A stretch of 64,000 bases of DNA, taken from contig JAANOX010000268.1 in NCBI GenBank assembly GCA_020184695.1, positions 213,235 through 277,234 on the forward strand, written 5' to 3'. Position numbers and translations under genes: made by a program. Of the stretch, positions 32,887-43,516 are shown piece by piece (the stretch's first letter is position 1; every line of letters starts with the position of its first letter). The DNA is from Histomonas meleagridis 2922-C6/04-290x (taxonomy: Eukaryota > Protista > Parabasalia). Under the pieces are notes generated by a model. The model made no database searches. It was not told the origin of the DNA and worked only from the letters and a program-made list of their open reading frames with translations.

Positions 32887-33555
32887 TTACTGAATGAAAC
32901 AAACTTCTTTTCTTCCATCAGGATTGTTCTCCTCATTGTTGTCAAGGTGGTTATTAATGTTCTCTTGCTTTTGCACTGGTTTCTGATTTGATTTAAATTT
33001 AAGCTTCATTTTTGACTCTTTTCCATTTTCATCTGATCCAGGAATTTGTTGGACCAAATCTAATCCGATTTTATCAAAAACGCCTTGACAACTATTTTGA
33101 TCAGAAAATGTTGCCTCTAAAAATGTGGCATTAAATTGAGACGCAGTTTTTCTTCCTTCATCTGGTTGAACTTGTGGTTCTTTGTTTTGACTTTTAGTAA
33201 ATGCTACAACATATAGAAGTATTTTTGGATCAGTTATACACTGTCGAGTATCAGAAATATATCGAATTATTTCATCATACGTTTCTCTGGAAGTTGTCTT
33301 ATATAAAAATATGATTGCATTAGCACCATAGAAGAATGAACGTGTAATTCGCATAAATTTTTCACTTCCTGCAGTATCCCGAATTTGCATTTTAATCTGT
33401 CTACCACAAATGGTTGTCTGGTATATCTTAAAATCAACTCCAATAGTCGTCATATATGATTCTGAAAAATTTGGATCAACTGCTCGAAGTAAAAAGGCTG
33501 TTTTTTTGGCTTTATTTGATCCAATAATAAAAACCTTACCCAAAGATTCTTCCAT
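32887..33555 (-). CDS. Divergent Rab-like GTPase
   Basis: TTIGVDF, IRDTAGSEKF, SFFYGANAII; degenerate G1 and G4; C-terminal CFIQ. Confidence 0.8.
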   Translation of the reverse strand: MEESLGKVFIIGSNKAKKTAFLLRAVDPNFSESYMTTIGVDFKIYQTTICGRQIKMQIRDTAGSEKFMRITRSFFYGANAIIFLYKTTSRETYDEIIRYISDTRQCITDPKILLYVVAFTKSQNKEPQVQPDEGRKTASQFNATFLEATFSDQNSCQGVFDKIGLDLVQQIPGSDENGKESKMKLKFKSNQKPVQKQENINNHLDNNEENNPDGRKEVCFIQ

Positions 33556-33626
33556 TGGCCTAAAATATACTTATGATTCTTATTCCTGCCCTATTTCTTT
33601 GCAGAGAAAAATGCATTGAATTATTG

Positions 33627-34870
33627 TCAAAAGTCATTCAAAAACGCGTTGAATGTAAAATTAGCAGAACCAAACAGTGCATTACATACCAATTTGTGTG
33701 CTATTTTAGCTTGTATTTTCTTCGGTGGGAACAGTTTTTGAATGCTTATCCACGTTTCATTATAAATTGCACCTAATGAACTAATTACGAATATATGAAA
33801 TTCGACATCAATTCCGTTTTCTCTTATTTCTTCAATTAGATTATTGTACTTAGCCCTTTTATTGTTAAAAGCTGTTTCTAATGTACTATGGTTGTTAGAG
33901 AAGTTAGCATATGGACAAGTGATTTCTATAATAGTCATTTTTTGTCTATTGTTTGTGATAACAATAGTATCAGGTCTTAAATTCTTCGATCTCTCGGATA
34001 AATTATCCAGTGGAACATTTCTATTTTCTAAAATTTCTTCTACTTGTTTATTTTTAATAATTTGTTCACGAATAATTGTCGAAATTTTGTTATGTCTAAT
34101 GTTAATTAAATGATAACTTGAAATACACTTATTTAATATATGCAAAAGACTAACATTAGCGAATACATTACTTTGCTCACAAACAATGCAATTCTTATGA
34201 GGAATATTATTATATAATTCAACATTAGCAGGAGTAGGTAAAGTATTAGTTCTTGCTTTAATAGCGAATATAAATAAGTTATCTTCTATTGGACGTTTAA
34301 CATTGATTATAAATCCATTTGAATAAGGAGCATTCTTTAAACTATGGAAACCATGTAAATGTAATGTAGGTTGATTTAATTGTTCTTGCCATCTTCTTTT
34401 AACAATATTGTTAATGAAATTAGCTATTGCTTTATAATTATTACATTCTTTACTATAATTTGTTTTTTGATCTTTTATGATAATTGTTTTATCAATTATC
34501 TTAATGAAAATATTTAATTTTTCGGCGGCTTTTAATGCCCTATAAGGTAAACAATTAGTACCGCTTTTGACATTTTCATTATAGTTTTTCCAATTTAAAA
34601 ATATATTATCGTCCATTTGAGTTTCTTCAATGTTTCTTAACTTTCGTTCATCATTTATAGATATATTAATTAATTTATTAAGTTTATCAGAATTTGGTAA
34701 TATTAGAAGTTTTAAGAATGATTTGATTATAGTACAATAATTTATAGTTTCTAGATTAGGTATTGCTAATCCACCATCTTTCCAACTTGAATGATAACAC
34801 TGTATTGGTAAATTAGTTTTAAATATATTATTTTTAACTCATTCTTAAACAGCATTTTCCAAAGATATCT
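33627..34870 (-). mobile_element. Remnant of RLE-clade (R2/NeSL/R4-like) non-LTR retrotransposon
   Basis: Open frame 33627-34838: post-RT WKDGGLAIPNL, FAIKARTNTLPT, CCHC knuckle C..C......HILNKC, RHN, RPD..IIEITCPY, KRAKY, ISSLGA. RT core absent. Confidence 0.85.
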
Positions 34871-35218
34871 TCAAAAAAAAAATAATATATTATGGTTTTC
34901 AACGTTTGTTCCATATCCTATTAAATCATTTATCTTTCATTTAATACCATAAATTATCTCAAGACATCTCACAACTTTTTATTGATCTGAACATTAATAA
35001 GGAACTATTTAAAGAAGAAGAACACACAATCCGAATATCAAAATGGTAAAGAAATTCAGATGTCATAAATTGCATTAGCTAATTCTTGTCTTCAAACTCA
35101 GCTGAGTATTAACATGTCAACGACTAAAAGAGAAGAAAAGTGATTTATGTCAAAATTTAACTTTACTTTTCATGGAAATTAATCATTTGAAAAGAAAACA
35201 ATCAAATTGTTGGTACAT

Positions 35219-36169
35219 TTAGTAGATTCCTCCCATTGCATATCCCATTTGAAGCATTTGGTTTGAGAATTGTGCATAGTTTTGTGCAAAAGATGTTTGC
35301 GGATACTGAGGATATGGCTGTTGGTACTGTGGCTGCATGTACTGTTGTTGTGGACACTGCTGTGGATATTGGGATTGCATTTGTTGCTGTGGATATTGGG
35401 ATTGCATTTGCTGCTGTGGATATTGTGGTTGCATTTGTTGCTGTGGATATTGTGGTTGCATTTGTTGCTGTGGATATTGTGGTTGCATTTGTTGCTGTGG
35501 ATATTGTGGGTACTGTTGTTGAGGATACTGTGGTGGCATTTGTGGTGCTTGTGGTTGTGACATTGGCTGTGGAATTTGTGGTTGTTGGATTTGAGGAATT
35601 TGCTGTGGGATTTGTGGTTGTGGCATTTGTGGCTGGGGTGGTCGAGGTGTTTGTTGTGGTGCTTGCTGTGGGATATTTTGTTGACCATTCATAAAAACAT
35701 TTGCTACACTTGGGTTCATAGATGAAGCAAATGAACTAATAGACTGAGTAATTTGTGTTGTGCTTGATTCTGGCTTGAATGGTGTAACGCCTGAATGAGC
35801 GATATGAATAACTAATCTAATTTGACCTCCTTTTTTAACACCTTTAACTGGGGTCATTGGGTACCACTTGTCAACAACTTTGTTGAAATTGATTTTAGAT
35901 AAATCTATTGTAGTACTTGAAATAGGATCATCAGCAGAAACTGTATCATGATCTTTCAAGTAAACTTGAAGCCTTTTGTTTTGGTCGTTTCCAAGGGGAA
36001 TATGGAATTCTTCATTCCATACAGGTTTATATGTATTTTTGATGAATTTAGTTGTATAGCGAGTAGCTCCTTCAGCGGCAAGGTTTATTATGCAATAAGG
36101 ATCAGCCTTCCCAATTATATCCATTTTTGGAAGACCTGCTGCTTCGACGACTCTGATGTGGAGTTGCAT
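35219..36169 (-). CDS. C2-domain protein with Gln/Pro/Tyr (XYPPX-like) repeats
   Basis: LHIRVVEAAGLPKMD..GKADPYC, PVWNEEFH, KDHD..SADDPI; QPQYPQQQM repeats. Confidence 0.92.
   Translation of the reverse strand: MQLHIRVVEAAGLPKMDIIGKADPYCIINLAAEGATRYTTKFIKNTYKPVWNEEFHIPLGNDQNKRLQVYLKDHDTVSADDPISSTTIDLSKINFNKVVDKWYPMTPVKGVKKGGQIRLVIHIAHSGVTPFKPESSTTQITQSISSFASSMNPSVANVFMNGQQNIPQQAPQQTPRPPQPQMPQPQIPQQIPQIQQPQIPQPMSQPQAPQMPPQYPQQQYPQYPQQQMQPQYPQQQMQPQYPQQQMQPQYPQQQMQSQYPQQQMQSQYPQQCPQQQYMQPQYQQPYPQYPQTSFAQNYAQFSNQMLQMGYAMGGIY
35360..35530 (-). repeat. 27-bp coding tandem repeat (QMQPQYPQQ)
   Basis: tgtggatattgtggttgcatttgttgc units on + strand; explains the overlapping spurious ORFs. Confidence 0.9.
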
Positions 36170-36692
36170 GCTAATAAAATTTTAACTGACTTAATTCCGT
36201 TATTTGTATACTTATTCAAATTTGAATGCACGGGAGTAGCCGCCTGTTCTCCAACAAAATTTATTTCGTAATCTTTTGATATGGCTTTAGATAATTTGTC
36301 AAATAATAATAATTTATCCTAAACATATAATCGTACGCATTATATTTTAATTTTTTCGAAAATAACCTTAAATATTCTAAGATATTTTAATTTTAATTCG
36401 GTATCACCACTTTCGTTAACGTGCACCATATAAAAAATGCAAAAATATCTGTGAAATCATTCTAAGCATTGATCGTGTTATATTTTTCAATTTAATAAGA
36501 ATAGCAAATCAAAAGGATATGTTGGCGAAAAATTTTAATAAATTATCATTAAAAATTTAGAATTCATCCAGAAATAACTATTCGAAAAATTACTTCCATT
36601 TTCATTGGTGTACCCCAAACACAAAACGTTACCCATTCAAAAAGTGACACCGCTATTTGAGGTATAGCCACTTTTTAACCTCACAAGAGGCA

Positions 36693-37424
36693 ATGTCTCT
36701 TTTAGATGGGCAAGATCAGACTCCTATTCAACCATTTCCACAAGAATTTCCAAATCTTAAAACAACTGTTTTCACTTTACCAATTGAACATACAGTAAAT
36801 ATGAAAGCACTCGTTTTAGCAGATCAATTCTTTGGTAAAACTCTTCCTTTAACTAAATCTATACCTCAATGCATGAAAAATATTATGACAATAATATCTA
36901 GAGAAAATATCACATGTATAATTTTAATTGGTGACTTGGTTTATTTCCAAAAAGACGAAAAACAAACCAAAAGCATAATTAAAAAAGTTATACATGTTTT
37001 GGAAGAAATACCTCTTCCAGTTTATATAATGGGTGGAGAACAAAATCGTCAAATTTTATATGAAATGAAATATAATAAGCCAGGTTCTAACGTTCATGTT
37101 GTTTATGATTTCATGTTGAAAATTAAGCATCCAGCTCCTCCACCTGGCACAATTCCAAATGTTTATTTAACACACGATGTTAAAAACCCACTCACAGTCA
37201 AACCTGACCAAGTTGAATCATTTGTTTTCTCACTCAAGAACGCATTCAACCAGGAAATTGCAAATGAGGACTTCCTTTTGGTTGGACATTGCAATGGATA
37301 TTCATATAATGAACAAGGAAGATACGGCTCAATCAAAGAATTCTCACCTGATAACCACCGCAACGGCTATGCAATTGTTTCATGCGTGAAGGAAGGATTC
37401 GATATAAACATTGTTGGAAAATAA
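36693..37424 (+). CDS. Degenerate calcineurin-like metallophosphoesterase
   Basis: LVLADQ, ILIGDLV, GGEQN, LTHD, VGHCN at the positions of the five MPE motifs. Confidence 0.6.
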   Translation: MSLLDGQDQTPIQPFPQEFPNLKTTVFTLPIEHTVNMKALVLADQFFGKTLPLTKSIPQCMKNIMTIISRENITCIILIGDLVYFQKDEKQTKSIIKKVIHVLEEIPLPVYIMGGEQNRQILYEMKYNKPGSNVHVVYDFMLKIKHPAPPPGTIPNVYLTHDVKNPLTVKPDQVESFVFSLKNAFNQEIANEDFLLVGHCNGYSYNEQGRYGSIKEFSPDNHRNGYAIVSCVKEGFDINIVGK

Positions 37425-37466
37425 AATATCAATAAAAAAATGATTTGTATATTAGATAAATGTATT

Positions 37467-37781
37467 TTACCATGTTGGTTCTGCATGCTTCTTCTTCTTG
37501 TCAACCATCCATTCGAACTTCCTAAGACGACCGAGGCAATACATTGATGATTTCTTGCATTGTTGGCATGTGAAACGAAGGCTGATCTTCTTTGATGTCT
37601 TCTTGCTACGACGAAGGAATGGTTTAACACGACCCACAAAACCTTCTTGCTTACGATCATATCTACGACGACCAAGTGCAACTTTACGTTCTTCGCCACG
37701 GCTTGCTTGTGTAACCTTAACTGTTGTGTGTTTCTTGCAGAATTTGCAGAAGAACTTCTTTGTTTTTGGATAGTGTACCAT
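37467..37781 (-). CDS. RPL36A: 60S ribosomal protein eL42 (L36a/L44)
   Basis: MVHYPKTKK.FCK.CKKHT..KVTQ, GRRRYDRKQ.G..G..KP, KTSKKI.LR..C..C. Confidence 0.95.
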   Translation of the reverse strand: MVHYPKTKKFFCKFCKKHTTVKVTQASRGEERKVALGRRRYDRKQEGFVGRVKPFLRRSKKTSKKISLRFTCQQCKKSSMYCLGRLRKFEWMVDKKKKHAEPTW

Positions 37782-37785
37782 TTCG

Positions 37786-37814
37786 AAAGGCCATATCAAA
37801 CCTCTTTAACCGTC
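37786..37814 (-). promoter_or_regulatory. M3 (GACGGTTA) + M5 (CCTTT) core promoter of eL42
   Basis: Same motif pair as before eS1, on minus strand, 4 nt before ATG. Confidence 0.7.
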
Positions 37815-38014
37815 GCAAGAACCGTTTTTATAAAATGAAAATATCTTTTTTTATATTTTGTTAAATATAAAATAATGGATTCCATATTCATGAAAAATTC
37901 AAGGGAATTGTAGTTCATAAAATATTATGTTGTTGTGCAATTAGAATTTGATGGATGGAAACAAAAAAAATTTGAATGTCAAATGACGGTTGATAAAAAT
38001 AAATTGATTCTTAT

Positions 38015-38836
38015 TTGATGATTCCTTTACTCGACGATTTCCTCTTTCTTTGTGTAAGAGTTGATTTCTTTGATCGATTCCTGCAGGTGTCATTAGTTTT
38101 ATCGATTTTAGCAATGGTATTTGTGACATTTAAAACCATTCCATATGGAAAAACTTATACACGAGGAAAATCTCTTTTTAAAATCGAAATTAAGGATAGA
38201 ATTGCTGTGATTCTTATAAACTCACCCGGACCATTAATATTCTTCTATTCTCAAATTTTTTATCCAAACGGTGATTTGTTCTCACTGCCATCTGTCCTTT
38301 ACTTACTTCATTACATACACCGTACTCTTATTTATCCATGGTTCCGTAAATCATATTCTAAACCATGGCCACTAGAATCAGTCATTTTCTATTTCTGCAG
38401 CAATTTCTTTGTTGGCCTCACATTTTCTCATCTTATGATCTTTAGCGGTAAGGAACTTAATCGTTCCATCCAAATTTTACTTTCAGTCTTATTCATTGGA
38501 TTCGCTATTGCCAATGCATACTTCGATTACAAGCTCTGTGCACTCAGGAGAGCTGGAGATCAAGGCTACCAAGTTCCACACGGTCTTCTTTTCGAATATG
38601 TTTCTGGTCCACATTATTTATTTGAATTACTCGAATGGCTCAGCTACATTTTCTTCTTCCCGTTCGGATTCGGATTTGCCACTGCTGGAATTTGGCTTTT
38701 AGCTGCTATAACGGGTCGTGCTGAATCAAACCATGATGCATATCTCAAGAAGAACATCCTTCCAAAGAACGTCAAATACCCAACGGGACGCGCTCCATAC
38801 ATTCCCTTCATTGAGAACTCAAAATACTTAATCTAA
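38015..38836 (+). CDS. Steroid 5-alpha-reductase / enoyl-CoA reductase family membrane protein
   Basis: HYIHRTLIYP, D..L..LR.AG..GYQVP.G.LFEYVSGPHYLFELLEW, NH..Y......YP..R...IPF. Confidence 0.88.
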   Translation: MMIPLLDDFLFLCVRVDFFDRFLQVSLVLSILAMVFVTFKTIPYGKTYTRGKSLFKIEIKDRIAVILINSPGPLIFFYSQIFYPNGDLFSLPSVLYLLHYIHRTLIYPWFRKSYSKPWPLESVIFYFCSNFFVGLTFSHLMIFSGKELNRSIQILLSVLFIGFAIANAYFDYKLCALRRAGDQGYQVPHGLLFEYVSGPHYLFELLEWLSYIFFFPFGFGFATAGIWLLAAITGRAESNHDAYLKKNILPKNVKYPTGRAPYIPFIENSKYLI

Positions 38837-39245
38837 AACACAGATTTCAAAAATTGAATTTCATAATACATTGAGAATAACTTCATTAACTTTTTGTCTT
38901 TTACAACGCAATTCGCAAGGGTGTATTTGTTAGCTTGTTTAAAATTATTTGAGAATTTCGAAATATTTTGAATTTGATTTTTGAGATTTAATCAATACAC
39001 AAAGATAAATTCTTTCTGTTGTTTTTTGTATGCATGTGAATAAAAAGCTATTAAGATAGGGACAAATATTTACAAATAATTTAATCTTATATTTTTGGTT
39101 TTCTCACCAAACCCTTTTCAGCAAATTTGGATCTCCTTAAAATGAGCCCATGATAAAATAAATAAATAAGAAGAGAAATAAAATATTTGAACTTTTCGCT
39201 GTTTGGCCAAACATAAGTTTACATAAAACTGACAATATTATTAGA

Positions 39246-40286
39246 ATGAATTTTAGATATGGAGATTTTGGACAAGATGAAAACGAGCAGGATGGACCTC
39301 TTTTTTATTCAAACCTTACAAAAGTTTTAGACGAAAGGCGAATTCTTCCAGAAATTGCAATTATTATTTCTGTCGAAAATCAAAATGATTTTGTTGCTAC
39401 TAATTTTTGGCGAAATCCAGAAATCATTCAATACCTAACAGGCAAAGCTCGAGTTCTACGCATTAATATTTCACAAGAAGCTTACCAACAATTTACACAA
39501 CTATTTCCAGTTACTGCACTTCCTTCACTTTTCGTATTTGGACCTGGTTCTAGTGGTCCATCGTTTTCATACTCAGGCCGTTTTCCATCAGTTATCGAAT
39601 TTCGAGGTCAATATGAATCATTACCACCATATCAACCACCACTAACAATCCCACAGACAACTGTTCCAACTCCAACGCAACCTCCAGAAATTGATGATAA
39701 TTGGTATCCAAAGCACAGATTTCAATCCCAATCAAATCAAACACAGACTGAGCCAAAGCCAACTCCAACCACAGAACCAATGTCAGTTCCGAAGCCCAAA
39801 AAGAAGCCAGCGCCTAAGCCAGAACCTAAGCCACAGAGTCCTCCAACTCCGGTTGAAGTAACATTAATTACTTTGAACCAAAGAACTTACACAGAGATGT
39901 TCATGTCGAATGACAACGTCGTCAAAGTCTATGCTTGGGCAGCGCAAAAGATTGGTCAACCCCAGACAAACTTTAATCTTTTGGTTCAACCTAATAATTC
40001 ACCAATTCCTCAGAGTACACTCATACAGCTGAAGCAATACGGACAAAAGTTTACCGTCAAAGTAACAATGAAAAACAAGAACAACGGAAATAACACAAAC
40101 CGATTAATAGCACAAATCAAAAACTTTTTCAGAGAAATTTCAATTTTTGCCGATCCAAAAGACGATCCAACCGATTTTTGGCGGTTGACCCCACCCCAAG
40201 GTCGGGGTGCCCCAAATCAAAGACAAACAACTAATTTCCGTGCAAATAACCAATATTACAATGGAAACGGAATTAATTTTGAGTAA
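39246..40286 (+). CDS. UAS/thioredoxin-like + UBX domain protein (UBXN4-like)
   Basis: YQQFTQLFPVTALPSLFVFG, Pro-rich linker, ubiquitin-like UBX segment, terminal YYNGNGINFE. Confidence 0.6.
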   Translation: MNFRYGDFGQDENEQDGPLFYSNLTKVLDERRILPEIAIIISVENQNDFVATNFWRNPEIIQYLTGKARVLRINISQEAYQQFTQLFPVTALPSLFVFGPGSSGPSFSYSGRFPSVIEFRGQYESLPPYQPPLTIPQTTVPTPTQPPEIDDNWYPKHRFQSQSNQTQTEPKPTPTTEPMSVPKPKKKPAPKPEPKPQSPPTPVEVTLITLNQRTYTEMFMSNDNVVKVYAWAAQKIGQPQTNFNLLVQPNNSPIPQSTLIQLKQYGQKFTVKVTMKNKNNGNNTNRLIAQIKNFFREISIFADPKDDPTDFWRLTPPQGRGAPNQRQTTNFRANNQYYNGNGINFE

Positions 40287-40799
40287 ATATTCCAAATAAT
40301 TTATGAATTTAAAATGAAAATCTGAACAAATTTCAGAAAAGTTTCTTGTTCTTGATAATTATGCAAGATACCAAAAGCACATTATTGAAGAACAATGAAT
40401 TGTGAAATTCAATCCGCTCAAGAAGAATTTGAAGATTTTTGTGCTTCTCATCCAGAATAATTATTTTTAGCTATTTCAAGTACTTGTGCAAATTCTCTCT
40501 TCAAAAAAATGAAGAAAAATCAATTTTATATAAATAAATATTTAATTAAAATTATAAACAATTCTTAATGTATTTGATCTATACACTAAAAAAAAATTAA
40601 ATTTAAAGACTTGATATTAATACATTACTTGTAACAATAAAACGTAATTTGTTTTAGAGTTAACTCATCCAAATTTGGATAACAAATTTTTTTCATTTTT
40701 GTTTAACTGGTCAAATGATCTATAATTAACGTTCTCTGTTTTTTAAATGCAATTTGGGGCACCCCATATGATATTGAATTTTTTAAAAAATTTTCATCA

Positions 40800-41472
40800 A
40801 TGGATCCTTATTATCTCCTTCAAAAAGAAGTTATTACAGGTATTGATAATTTACAAGAAATGTTAAATAATCGAGAAGATATGTTAAATGATTCACGTGG
40901 TGTTAATGTTGAAATTTTTAAAACGCTTGGAGTTAAAATGATGAATGATATCAATACTATTCGAGGATTTTTAAAAGACATTGAAGAATCTATTCAACAA
41001 GTTCGGCAAAATCCAGAAATATTTCAACTTAGTGAGAACGAACTTTCACTTCGAGATTCATTTGTTCAACAATCTACGATTAATCTTAATGATATTGAAC
41101 AAAACATGAAAGCACAATCATCTAATCAGCGTATTCAATTTCATCGTCCTTCATTTCATGAAGATCCTTTATTTCCACAAGAAACGAATGATCCGCAAAC
41201 GCAATTACAACTCCATCAAGAAGAACGTATTGAAGCCATTGGACATAGTGTTGGCTTACAAATGCAAATTGGGAAAGAAATCATTCAAGAAATTGATGAT
41301 CAGCGCCAACTCATTTTAGACTTAGAAGACGGCGTTGACAATGCGCAGACCGCCATGCGCAAAGTTACACGACAAATCACAGAGATAATTGACAATGAAG
41401 GCCGCGGCCCAACGTTTTGCAGTCTTTGGACTTTCCGTTGCACTTATTTTAATTTTATTTTTTGTTATATGA
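40800..41472 (+). CDS. Syntaxin-6/Tlg1-like Qc-SNARE (1-nt frameshift before TM)
   Basis: MDPYY N-terminus, EL..R..FV, SNARE heptads. Removing one T at ~41414 gives TM TFAVFGLSVALILILFFVI*. Confidence 0.85.
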
Positions 41473-41503
41473 AAATAAAAATATTTTAAATTAATATTTA
41501 TAT

Positions 41504-42088
41504 TTATGGAAATATTGTGCTCGGCGTGTTGCAAAGCTTTTTAACAAGTTGAACAAATTCTGTTGATGTGTCCCAATCTTTGTCTGTGGGAAGATTAAGC
41601 GTGAACTTAAATGTTGAGCCAATCGTTGGATTGCGCGGAACTTCGCTTTCGCTGGCTTTGTCTTTGATTTGTAATATTTTATGAAGAAGATGTTCACGAA
41701 TCTCTGACGCGGTAAGTGCTGAAAATGTAAACGTAATACACCAACGTTCCCATATTTCGGTAGTATACGTATCTCGGAACCATCCTTTACGTGGAATAGA
41801 ATATGATAATGTCAATATTAACCATGCTGTGCCTTCTTTTTCATAACGACCTGAAAAAACTTCTTGTTGCATAGGTAAAAGTCGCGTTTTAATATATTCA
41901 GTAACTTGCTCTGTTTCACCACTAGCATAACAAATATCAACACCTGGAAGTAAGATTGACTTTGGTGAAACTTGTGTATCAATCGAACGATGAAATAAAA
42001 TGGTATGAATAATAGCTTGCACACAATCAAGAAATTGATCTGGACTAATTTCTAAAGGATCAAGAATATGTTCTGGAATGTGAGTCAT
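41504..42088 (-). CDS. ATG101: Autophagy protein ATG101 (HORMA domain)
   Basis: DCVQAIIHTILFHRS...V.P......VDICY, GWF, IWERWCITF. Confidence 0.72.
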   Translation of the reverse strand: MTHIPEHILDPLEISPDQFLDCVQAIIHTILFHRSIDTQVSPKSILLPGVDICYASGETEQVTEYIKTRLLPMQQEVFSGRYEKEGTAWLILTLSYSIPRKGWFRDTYTTEIWERWCITFTFSALTASEIREHLLHKILQIKDKASESEVPRNPTIGSTFKFTLNLPTDKDWDTSTEFVQLVKKLCNTPSTIFP

Positions 42089-42333
42089 AAAAAAGAAAAA
42101 ATTTAAAAAAGATTTTTATTTAACGGTCGAAATAAAACATGAAAATACGTTAATCGTTAAAATAAGAAAAAAAAATATTTGAAATTTAATAATATTGGAT
42201 TAAATATCAACAAGACTCTATACATATATATCAAAAAATTCAATAATAAGATTGGTTGATGATTCATCTTTATTTGAGAGTACCCAAAGGGTAATTACAT
42301 AGCACTTTTTCTTTCTCAAAATTACATTCTTGA

Positions 42334-43516
42334 ATGCTATGCGAGGAACAGCAACGCAAAACTATAAATTCAATAAATGATAAATTGCAAACACTTATAA
42401 CAATTAAACAGATTGTTTTTGGTTTAAACACAAGAAACGACATAGAGTCAGTGTGTTCAATAATCCAAAACATTGATATCATTTACCCATTATCTAATAA
42501 TATACTTGTTAGTCAAATGATAAATACATTAATACTCATTAAAAAAATTGACTGTAGTTTATACTTAAATTTTATTAAGGAAATTGAAACATTTGAAAAG
42601 AACAATAACATTAAATCTAAAATATTTAAAATATTGATCCAGCTTATTCTTGATCAAAATTCGCAAGGAGCATATTATCTTCTTGAAAATATGATTGAGC
42701 ATAATATTATTGAGTCTGAAATCGTACAAAACAAAGAGAATCCATATTTCATGCATCACATGTCAGATGAAGAAATTAAAAAATCAGAAATTAGTGTATA
42801 TTTGAAGCACTTTGCAGTAAATTATGAAGAACTATCAAAGAAGGGAACTTCATAAGAAATTAATCAAAGAAGGAGTTAATCCGAATGAAATTGCAACAAT
42901 AATTCGAAATGATGAAATAGAGAAACTTCAAGAAATATCATCGCAAAGTTATTTCTATTTTGATCAACACATAGCACTATCAATTTATGAAAGATGAGAT
43001 TTTGTATATAATTGGAATGTTTCATTAATTGATTATGCATCATTTTTTTCAGCAGTAAAATGTTTTAAATTTTTACTTATGAATAACGCAAATGTAAAGA
43101 ATACAGGAAAATATGCAGTTTCAGGTGGAAATGAAGAAATCATTCATTTATGTGAACAAAACCATTCATCATTTGAAGATGCATATGAAACAGCAATAAA
43201 ATTCCATCGAAATGATATCTTTAAATATCTTTATGAAAACAAATTAGAAGAAATTAATAATTTAGAAAAATTGGGCGAAATATGTATTTCATATCATAAT
43301 TATGAAATTTTTTTGTACCAATTAGAAAGAGGAATGAAAATTAATGAAAATATTATTAATAAATCAGCAAAAAATGGAAACTTATATCTCACCAGGTATT
43401 TTTTAGAAGAAAACATAATACCAAAAAATATTATACTTTATTCATCAGAATCAGGAAATATTGAACTTGTTGAATATATTTTAAAGCAAGAAGGAATTGA
43501 TATTAATTCTAAAGAT
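42334..43516 (+). pseudogene. DUF3447-type ankyrin protein N-terminal part (frameshift ~42843, TGA 42995-42997)
   Basis: GVNPNEIATIIRNDEIEKLQ, LIDYASFFSAVKCFKFLL, KYAVSGGNEEIIHLCEQ, AIKFHRNDIF. Confidence 0.8.

Noticed and set aside
35179-35694. His/Asn-rich, Val/Ala-rich and Cys-rich overlapping ORFs
   Set aside because: Alternative-frame artefacts of the 27-bp Gln/Pro/Tyr repeat in the C2 protein.
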